A stretch of DNA of 64,000 bases, taken from assembly GCA_036267875.1 (NCBI GenBank), contig DATAVE010000160.1, forward strand, positions 5,420 to 69,419. Direction: 5' to 3'. Below the pieces are notes generated by a model. The model was not told the DNA's origin. It saw nothing but the letters and a program-made list of their open reading frames with translations, and ran no database searches. The translations under genes were made by a program, and so were the position numbers. The number at the start of each line of letters is the position of its first letter. Positions within the stretch are counted from its first letter, which is position 1. Shown here piece by piece: positions 55,720 through 64,000 of this stretch. The stretch comes from Mycobacteriales bacterium (GTDB lineage Bacteria > Actinomycetota > Actinomycetes > JAFAQI01).

Positions 55720-57802
55720 GGTCGTAGACCGTCGTGCCACCGATCGTCGTCGAGGTGTACGTCGACTCGACCCACGAGGTGATCGCGGAGCCGGTGTCGG
55801 TGCCGCCCTGGCCCTGACCCGCACCCATCCCGGTGCCGCCGGGGATGAAGTAGTGAATCTTGCCTTCGGCGACCCAGGCCTTGAACTGCGCCAGCGTGGG
55901 TGACGGGTCGGTGCCGTTGAAGCCACCGATCGCCATCACCGGCTCGTCGCTGCCGAGCTGGTAGCCGGCGGCGTTCTGCGATCCGACCGTTGCGGCTGCC
56001 CAGCGGTAGCTCGACGCGTCAGCCTCGAGTGCGGCCACCAGAGCCGACGACGGGGTCGGCGCGTCGAGCAGCCCGCCAGCGCCACCCGTGAGGCCCCGGC
56101 CGAGCGATCCGCCGCTTCCGAACTGACCACCGATTCCGGGAAGTCCGCCCGTCGCCGACTGACCGCCCGGCCCGAAACCGCCGCCGGGAAAGCCACCAAA
56201 GTTTGGAATGCCTCCACCGGTCTGCCCGCCTGTCCCGCCGGCAAACCCGGGGAATCTGCCGGCTCCGCCGGGCGCGCCGCCTCGGCCTGGCCCGAAGCCG
56301 CCAGCGACCGACGGCCCGGCCGTCGGCAGCGAGCCGGTGTGTGGCGTCGCAGCAGTGGCAATGGAGTACGCCGCAGGACTTGCGAGCGATGCGACGAGTG
56401 CGACGCCTGCGATTGCTGGTGCGAGCCGTCGGTTGAGATACGGCGCGGCGAGGATTGCGAGTGCTACCGCCGTACCGATTGCCGGGACGACGAATCGCAG
56501 CCACGGGTGCCAGTCCGGAGTGCGGTCGAGCAGCGCCCAGGCCCACCAGGAGCTGAGCAGAACTGCTGCCGAGAGCGCGACGCGGGCGAACAACTCACCG
56601 CGGTGCTCCCACATCGTGACGGCGCCGATGCCGACGAGCGCGCCGGTCGCCGGGGCGAGGGCGACTGTGTAGTACGGGTGGATGATCCCGGACATGTAGC
56701 TGAAGGTCAGCCCGGTCACGAGCAGCGAGCCGCCCCAGAGGATCAGCTGCGCGCGGCGGCCATCGGTGCGCGGCGCGCGGCGGAGCTGCCAGAACATCGC
56801 GACGAGCAGGAGCAGCGCGGTCGGGATGAGCCACGCGGCCTGGCTGCCGAACTCGTTGCTGAACATCCGCAGCAGGCCGGTCTTGCCCCACATGCTGACG
56901 TTGGTGCCACCACCACCGCCTCCGACACTGCCGGTCTCGCTTCCGGTGATCCGGCCGAGGCCGTTGTAGCCAAAGATCAGATTGAGCAGGCTGTTGTTCT
57001 GCGAGCCGCCGATGTAGGGCCGCGAGGAAGCCGGCCACAGTTCGACGATCGCGACCCACCAACCGGACGCGACGACCATCGCGACGCCGGCGGCGAGCAG
57101 GGAAAGGATCCGCCGCTTGAGTGTGGTGTCCGCTGCGATCAGATATGCAAGACCGAAGGCGGGTACGACGAGGAACGCCTGCATCATCTTGGTGATGAAG
57201 CCGGTGCCGACGAGTAGCCCGGCGAACAGCAGCCACCTCGTAGCGCCTCGGGTTGGCGCGGCGTCGACGGCACGAGTGACGGCGTATGACGCGGCGACCA
57301 GCAGCAGGACCAGCATCGCGTCGGGGTTGTTGAACCGGAACATCAGCGTGGCGATCGGTGTGAGCGCCAGCGTCGCGCCGGCGATGAGGCCGGCGGTAGC
57401 GCTGAAGTGCCGTCGTACCGTCACGTAGAGCAGCCCCACTGCCGCGACTCCCATCAGGGCTTCGGGCACCAGGATCGACCAGCTGTTGACGCCGAAGATC
57501 CGGGCGGAGATGTCCATCACCCAGAGAAACGCGGGCGGCTTGTCGACCGTGATCGAGTTCCCAGAGTCGAGCGAGCCGAAGAAGAACGCCTTCCACGAGT
57601 GCGTGCTCGCCTGGACGGCGGCGCTGTAGAAGCTGTTCGCCCAACCCGATGCCCCGAGCCCCCAGATGTAGAGGAATCCCGTACTCGTCAGCAGCGTGAG
57701 CAGCGCAGGTCGTACCCACCTCGGGTCGCCAGGACGCTCGGCGGGGGGCTCGGATACGAGCTCCGGCGGGGCCTCGGGCAGCGGCTCGAGGAACGTGGTC
57801 AT
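55700..57802 (-). CDS. GT-C membrane glycosyltransferase (GT39/ArnT-like) with an internal Gly-rich low-complexity region
   Basis: N-terminal motifs WANSFYSAAVQAS...SITVDKPP...LWVM; 12+ TM segments. A roughly 90-aa Gly/Pro repeat-like tract is encoded near 56050-56320. Confidence 0.7.
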   Translation of the reverse strand: MTTFLEPLPEAPPELVSEPPAERPGDPRWVRPALLTLLTSTGFLYIWGLGASGWANSFYSAAVQASTHSWKAFFFGSLDSGNSITVDKPPAFLWVMDISARIFGVNSWSILVPEALMGVAAVGLLYVTVRRHFSATAGLIAGATLALTPIATLMFRFNNPDAMLVLLLVAASYAVTRAVDAAPTRGATRWLLFAGLLVGTGFITKMMQAFLVVPAFGLAYLIAADTTLKRRILSLLAAGVAMVVASGWWVAIVELWPASSRPYIGGSQNNSLLNLIFGYNGLGRITGSETGSVGGGGGGTNVSMWGKTGLLRMFSNEFGSQAAWLIPTALLLLVAMFWQLRRAPRTDGRRAQLILWGGSLLVTGLTFSYMSGIIHPYYTVALAPATGALVGIGAVTMWEHRGELFARVALSAAVLLSSWWAWALLDRTPDWHPWLRFVVPAIGTAVALAILAAPYLNRRLAPAIAGVALVASLASPAAYSIATAATPHTGSLPTAGPSVAGGFGPGRGGAPGGAGRFPGFAGGTGGQTGGGIPNFGGFPGGGFGPGGQSATGGLPGIGGQFGSGGSLGRGLTGGAGGLLDAPTPSSALVAALEADASSYRWAAATVGSQNAAGYQLGSDEPVMAIGGFNGTDPSPTLAQFKAWVAEGKIHYFIPGGTGMGAGQGQGGTDTGSAITSWVESTYTSTTIGGTTVYDLTAQSG

Positions 57803-58941
57803 GGCATGCTCCGGAAGACTCGACGTAGGCCGACGAACCGCAGCACGGTCGCCGAGAGGTTGGCGATGACAAGAACTACGAGCTCAGTGGAACGGGTTGG
57901 GGACGCAGTCACGACGTGCAGTACCGCGATCGACCCTGAGGTGACCACGAGTGCGACGGCGAAGATGCCGAGACCTTGCAGCTGATGACGAACTGCGTCC
58001 GTCTTGCCTCGGATGTCGAAGGTGAGCCGGCGGTTGGCGGAGGTGTTGGCGATTGCCGTCACCAGCAGGGCGAGGGCGTTGGCGAGCTGAGCGGCCATCG
58101 TCGTACGTAGAGCGGCGTAGAGCGCGACGTAGGCAAGAGTGCTCGCGACGCCGATCCCGGCGAAACGAATCACCTGGCCAGCGGACCGCCCGCGCAGCAC
58201 TAGTCGGACGACACCCTTGAGGTCGGCGATGACGGTCGGCACGATGTCGACCCGGCTGTCCGGGTCGTCGGTCCAGTCGACTGGGACCTCGTGGATGCGC
58301 AAGCCTTCGCGCTCGGCGAGGACGAGCAGCTCGGTATCGAAGAACCATGCCTCGTCGTCGACGAGCGGGAGAAGGCGCTTTGCGACATCGGCGCGGATCG
58401 CCTTGAAGCCGCACTGCGCATCGCTGAACCGGGTAGCGAGGACCGAGTGCAGGATCGTGTTGTAGCTGCGCGAGATCAGCTCGCGCTTCGGTCCGCGAAG
58501 GACCCGCGCGTTGCCAGCGAGTCGGGTGCCGATCGAGATGTCGGAGTGGCCGGACAGCAGCGGCGCGACGAGGGGCAGCAGCGCTTTGAGGTCGGTCGAG
58601 AGGTCGACGTCCATGTAGGCGAGGACGGCCGCGTCACTGGCCGACCAGGCGCGGCGCAGCGCGCGGCCGCGACCCTTTTCGGGGAGCCGGATCAGCCGTA
58701 CGTCGGAGAGCTCTCGGGTGAGGTCCTGTGCGATGACGTAGGTCGCGTCGGTGCTTGCGTTGTCGACGATCGTGATTCGCGCGGATAGCGGGAAGGACGT
58801 TGCGAGGTAGGTGCGGAGCCGGCGTACCGAGGCTTCGAGGCTTGCCTGCTCGTTGTAGACCGGGATGACGATGTCGACCGCGGGTGCGGTCTCGGCGTTG
58901 CCGATTGCCGCTGCGGGGCGGAGGTCGAGTGCGGTGCTCAT
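57799..58941 (-). CDS. GT2 polyprenol-phosphate glycosyltransferase (DPM1/GtrB-like) fused to a C-terminal GtrA-like domain
   Basis: VDIVIPVYNE...DNASTD...DVDLS GT2 motifs; C-terminal 4-TM GtrA-like region. ATGA overlap with the downstream GT-C gene. Confidence 0.8.
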   Translation of the reverse strand: MSTALDLRPAAAIGNAETAPAVDIVIPVYNEQASLEASVRRLRTYLATSFPLSARITIVDNASTDATYVIAQDLTRELSDVRLIRLPEKGRGRALRRAWSASDAAVLAYMDVDLSTDLKALLPLVAPLLSGHSDISIGTRLAGNARVLRGPKRELISRSYNTILHSVLATRFSDAQCGFKAIRADVAKRLLPLVDDEAWFFDTELLVLAEREGLRIHEVPVDWTDDPDSRVDIVPTVIADLKGVVRLVLRGRSAGQVIRFAGIGVASTLAYVALYAALRTTMAAQLANALALLVTAIANTSANRRLTFDIRGKTDAVRHQLQGLGIFAVALVVTSGSIAVLHVVTASPTRSTELVVLVIANLSATVLRFVGLRRVFRSMP

Positions 58942-59018
58942 GACGATCAGAGTCGCGGCCGGAGATCAACGAAACGTGAGTCCCACCTGCAAGTTCCCTG
59001 TGAATGCCAGAGCGATAC

Positions 59019-60911
59019 CTACGTGCCATCCGCTCCAAGGTCGTAGAGCGTGGTGCCGTCAACCGTGACAGCCGTGAAGTTGGCTTCGACCCACGAGGTG
59101 ATCTCCGACGCAGTGAGCCTCCCGACGCCGGCCCGATTGGCCGAGATGCCGGTGCCACCGACGATGAAGAAGTGGATCTTGCCCTGCGCGACCCAGGTCT
59201 CGAACTGCGCCAGCGTGGGTGTGGGATCTGTGCCGTTGTAGCCGCCGATCGCCATTATCGCCTTGTCGGTAGCGAGCTCGTAGCCTGCGGCGTTCTCCGA
59301 ACCGACCGTCGCAGCGACCCAGCGGGAACGCGAGGCATCAGTCTCGAGCGCCTGGGCCACCGCACCAGGAACCGTTGGAGCGTCGAGCAGACTGCTGTAG
59401 TTGTGGCTGGTCGTGCTCGCGGGACCGGCGGTCGGCAGCGAGCCGGAGTGCAATGCGCCGGCCGTCGCGATCGAGTACGCCGCGGGCCCGGCGATGGAGG
59501 CAAACAGCGCGGCCACAGCGATCACTGGGCCAAACCGTCGCCCGAGGAACGGCGTGGCAGCGATCCCGACGATCGCAGCTCCACCGGCGAAAACCACGAG
59601 GACCCGAAGCTCGACATGCCAGGTCGGGTCCCGGTCCAGGAGCTGCACGGCCCACCAGGTCGTCAAGCCGACCGCAGCAGCCAGGACGATCCTCGAGGAC
59701 CGCTCGTTTCGGCGCGCCCACAACGACGTCGCGCCGATGCCGACGAGAGCGCCGATCGCCGGCGTGAGAGCGACCGTGTAGTACGGGTGGGTGATGCCGG
59801 ACATCAGGCTGAACGTCAGCCCGGTCCCGAGCAGCCATCCGCCCCAGATCACGAGCTGCGCGCGTCGCGGATCGGTACGAGGCGTGCGCCGGCTCAGCCA
59901 GAGCATCGTTACGAGCAGCAACAGCGCGGCCGGGATCAACCAGGAAGCCTGTGCCCCGAACTTGATGCTGAACAGTCGCAGGAGGCTGGGATTGCCGACT
60001 CCGCTGATCCCGACTGAGCCGGTCTCATGTCCGGTCAGGCGGCCCAGGCCGTTGTAGCCGAACACCAGGCTCAGAATGCTGTTGTTCTGCGAGCCGCCGA
60101 TGTAAGGCCGCGACGACGCCGGCCACAGCGTCACGATCGCGATCCACCAGCCGGAGCCGACGAGCATCGCCGCACCCGCCGCGAGCAGCTGCCGCACGCG
60201 TCGCTTCAGCGAGGTGTCCGCGGCGATCAGATAGGCAAGACCGAAGGCAGGTACGACCAGGAAGGCCTGCATCATCTTCGTGATGAAGCCGGTGCCGACA
60301 AGCAGCCCGGCGAAGAGCAGCCACCGTGTCGATGAAGCTCGTGTTGATGCACCCCCTGTCGAGGAGGCCGATTCGATCGCGCGGTTGACGGCGTACGCCG
60401 CAGCCACGAGCAACAGCACGAGGAACGCGTCAGGGTTGTTGAAGCGGAACATCACCGTCGCGACTGGCGTCAGGGCCATCACCGCACCGGCCAGCAGACC
60501 GGCGGCCGGCGAGAAGATCCGGCGCACCGTCAGGTAGAGCAGGCCGACTGCCGCGACGCCCATCAGTGCCTCGGGCACGAGGATCGAGGCGCTGTTCACG
60601 CCGAAGATCCGCGCCGAGAGGTCCATCACCCACAACGCGGCGGGTGGCTTGTCGACGGTGATCGAGTTCGCGGAGTCGAGCGAGCCGAAGAAGAACGCCT
60701 TCCACGAGTGCGTGCTCGCCTGCACAGCGGCGCTGTAGAAGCTGTTCGCCCAGCCGGCTTGGCCGAGGCCCCAGATGTAGAGGAGTCCGGTCCCGACGAG
60801 CAGTGACACGACGCTCGGCCGGACCCATTTGGGATCTTGCGTCGGGCTGCGCACGACGACTGCCGGGACGACCGGTGCGCGCCGCGACGGTGCTTCGAGG
60901 AGGGTCGTCAC
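59019..60911 (-). CDS. GT-C membrane glycosyltransferase (paralog of 55700-57802, no Gly-rich insert)
   Basis: Near-identical N-terminal motifs (WANSFYSAAVQASTHSWKAFFFGSLDS). Confidence 0.7.
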   Translation of the reverse strand: MTTLLEAPSRRAPVVPAVVVRSPTQDPKWVRPSVVSLLVGTGLLYIWGLGQAGWANSFYSAAVQASTHSWKAFFFGSLDSANSITVDKPPAALWVMDLSARIFGVNSASILVPEALMGVAAVGLLYLTVRRIFSPAAGLLAGAVMALTPVATVMFRFNNPDAFLVLLLVAAAYAVNRAIESASSTGGASTRASSTRWLLFAGLLVGTGFITKMMQAFLVVPAFGLAYLIAADTSLKRRVRQLLAAGAAMLVGSGWWIAIVTLWPASSRPYIGGSQNNSILSLVFGYNGLGRLTGHETGSVGISGVGNPSLLRLFSIKFGAQASWLIPAALLLLVTMLWLSRRTPRTDPRRAQLVIWGGWLLGTGLTFSLMSGITHPYYTVALTPAIGALVGIGATSLWARRNERSSRIVLAAAVGLTTWWAVQLLDRDPTWHVELRVLVVFAGGAAIVGIAATPFLGRRFGPVIAVAALFASIAGPAAYSIATAGALHSGSLPTAGPASTTSHNYSSLLDAPTVPGAVAQALETDASRSRWVAATVGSENAAGYELATDKAIMAIGGYNGTDPTPTLAQFETWVAQGKIHFFIVGGTGISANRAGVGRLTASEITSWVEANFTAVTVDGTTLYDLGADGT

Positions 60912-61360
60912 GGCGAGGTCCGGGCCACGCGGAAAACCCGGCGCAGCAGCACGAACCGGAGCGCAGTCGCAGCAAGGTTCGCAACGACGAGTACGGCGAT
61001 CTCAGTGATGCGTGCGGGATCTGGCGACGAGAGGTGAAGCGCGGCGAGCGAGCCGGAGGTGATCGTCAGTGCCACCGCGAAGACGCCGAGGCCCTGCAGC
61101 TGGTGGCGCATGACGTCGCGGCGACCCTGCACCGCGAACGTCACTCGGCGGTTGGCTGCGGTGTTGGCGATCGCGGTGGCGAAGAGCGCGAGGGCATTGG
61201 CGAGCAGCGACGGCATCGCCGTACGGAGGCCGGCGTACAGCCCGATGTAGGCAGCCGTGCTGACGATGCCGATCGCCGCGAACCGCACGAGCTGCCTCGA
61301 CGGCCGCATCGGCGCCATTGAGATTCGCAGCCGCGGAGTGGCCTCGATCACCGTGCTCAT
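60908..61360 (-). CDS. GtrA-family membrane protein (putative lipid-linked sugar flippase)
   Basis: 150 aa, 4 TM segments, FAAIGIVSTAAYIGLYAGL...ANRRVTF. ATGA overlap with the downstream GT-C gene. Confidence 0.7.
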   Translation of the reverse strand: MSTVIEATPRLRISMAPMRPSRQLVRFAAIGIVSTAAYIGLYAGLRTAMPSLLANALALFATAIANTAANRRVTFAVQGRRDVMRHQLQGLGVFAVALTITSGSLAALHLSSPDPARITEIAVLVVANLAATALRFVLLRRVFRVARTSP

Positions 61361-61469
61361 GGGCCCAGTGTCTGGGCAAAGTCCCCGCCAAAGAAGAGGC
61401 GCGAATGGGGCAAATGCCCGTGGGGCCGAATTCAGTCATTTGTGACTATGCGCGGGTGGTTCTGACGTA

Positions 61470-62233
61470 CTACGAGCGGGGCTCCCAGCTGAAGTAACGG
61501 ACCGAGATGACTATCCCGCCGACTCCCCATGCGGCGACGACGAGGACGTCGCTCCACCGGAACGGCGTACCGAGAAAGCCCGCAAGCATGCCGTCGGCAA
61601 AGTGCCGGACCGGGAAGATTCGGCCGACCCACTTCACCCAACTCGCTGAGTCATCGCCGATCGGGATGAAGACACCGGACAGAAACAGCAGCGGCAGGAT
61701 CGATGCCTGTACGACGGGTGCGGCCGCATCGACGTTGGGGATCGCAGCGGTGATCGCGAAGCCGAGAGCGCTGAACGACATGGCACCGACCGCGAGCATC
61801 ACGAGGAACCTGACGAGCGTCATCCCGCTGGGGATCTCGGCGCTATAGGCCGCACGGCCGAAGCCAGCGGTGAGGACGACGAGCAGCAGCGCGATCAGCA
61901 TCGCGTGGAGGACGCGGGCAGCGAAGAACGCGAGTGGCGGCATGGGAGTGCCGTTGACGCGTTTGAGTACGCCGAAGTCGCGTTGCGAGGCGAGCGAGAT
62001 CGACACGTAGGTGTAGCAGGCCGAGATCACCCCGAAGGCGGCCATCTGCGCGACGTAGTACGTCGACTGATGCAGCCGCCGCCCGAACAGGAAGACGCTG
62101 CCGTCGCCGAGTAGCGACGTGAAGATCACCAACAGCATCAGTGGGAACAGGAAGGTGAAGAACGCTGCCGTCGGGTTGCGCCAGTAGGTCTTGTTCACGA
62201 ACCGCAGCTGCAGCGCGGTGAGCCGCAGCGTCC

Positions 62234-62237
<4 letters not shown>
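61470..62237 (-). CDS. ABC-2 type transporter permease
   Basis: 255 aa with 6 TM segments. Overlaps the upstream ATPase gene. Confidence 0.75.
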
Positions 62238-63135
<898 letters not shown>

Positions 63136-63139
<4 letters not shown>

Positions 63140-64000
63140 CCCACACCCTTAGGGGCCTGCTGCTTCATGAAGCCGAACATATAGCCGGCAATGCGCCGCA
63201 TCTGGATCTCATCTGACCCCTCGGTGATTCGGTACCGGCGGTGGTGACGGTAGATGTGCTCGAACGGCTTGTGTCGGGAGTAGCCCAGCCCACCGTGCAC
63301 CTGCATTGCTTGGTCGGCTGCGTCGCAGCACAGCCGGTTCGCCCAGTAGTTGCACATCGACACTTCGCGCGACGCCGTGAAGACTCCTTCGGTGTCCATT
63401 CGCCATGCCGTCTTGTGGATCAGCGCGCGCACCATCTCCGCCCGCGTCTCGAGCTCGACCAGCGGAAACTGGATCGCCTGGTTCGTCGCAAGCGGCTTGC
63501 CGAACGGCGCGCGGCTCTTCGCGTACTCGACCGATTCGTTGATGCAGAACTGCGCGGCGCCGAGACTCGATGCGGCTTGGCGGATCCGGTTCTCGTTGAA
63601 GAAGTGCTGCACGACGGCGAGCCCGCGACCTTCGCCGCCGAAGATCGCGGAGTCAGGGACCCGTACGTCGGTCAACGTGATGTGCGCGTGGTCGGTCGGC
63701 ATGTTGAAGGTCCAGAGGTACTCCTCGACCTTGAAGCCCGGGGCGTCAGTCGGGACGAGGAACGCCGTGATGCCGCGACCGTCGCCGGCTTCACCTGACG
63801 TGCGGGCCATGATCATGTCGGCGGTTGCGGCGTGGATGCCGGTGTTCCAGGTCTTCTCGCCGTTGATGACCCACTCGTCGCCGTCGCGTACGGCGGTGGT
63901 CTCCATGTGCGTTGCGTCCGAGCCGTGATCGGGCTCGGTGATCCCGAACGCGAAGAACTTCTTGCCCCGCAGCAGCCCGTCGATCCAGTCGGCCTTCTGC
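63136..64000 (-). CDS. acyl-CoA dehydrogenase, N-terminus beyond the window edge (partial)
   Basis: ACAD middle and C-terminal motifs (WITEPDHGSDA..., GGLGYSRHKPFEHIYR). The frame stays open to position 64000. Confidence 0.8.

Overview
This window is a high-GC (about 70%) actinobacterial-type chromosomal segment that is densely coding on both strands. It contains many translationally coupled operons whose start and stop codons overlap by 4 or 8 nt. The central feature (about 7.4-30.4 kb) is a large paralogous inverted duplication of an unusual Liv/HAAT-like ABC uptake locus. Each copy encodes:
- two LivK-like lipoprotein substrate-binding proteins ending in a CxCF-Y motif;
- a small conserved lipoprotein;
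- a 12-TM MFS-like domain fused to a LivF-type ATPase;
- a single-polypeptide LivH-LivM-LivG fusion;
- a Pro-rich membrane-anchored secreted protein;
- two small 2-TM membrane proteins;
- an associated beta-lactamase-fold serine hydrolase.
The two copies meet tail-to-tail at about 18.77 kb, where a CCAGATCTGG palindrome sits on the axis. Flanking genes include:
- TetR and LacI regulators and an acyl-CoA synthetase;
- a beta-oxidation operon (SCP2-thiolase, MaoC hydratase, SDR, ACAD, TetR);
- a CHAP-domain protein, esterases and an orphan methyl-accepting chemotaxis protein;
- an HNH/DUF222 (13E12-like) element next to an ECF sigma/anti-sigma pair;
- an ApbE, ferric-reductase-TM, NuoF-like, ferredoxin electron-transfer module;
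- a G1 (eqolisin) peptidase;
- a GMC oxidoreductase with a Tat-dependent small subunit;
- a MenB-like crotonase and a CASTOR/POLLUX-like RCK ion channel;
- two tandem GtrA/GT2/GT-C glycosylation modules;
- an ABC-2 exporter and a partial ACAD at the window edge.
No rRNA, tRNA or CRISPR was recognised. Many long antisense ORFs in the track are GC-driven artefacts. My hand-derived coordinates for small motifs may be off by 1-2 nt.
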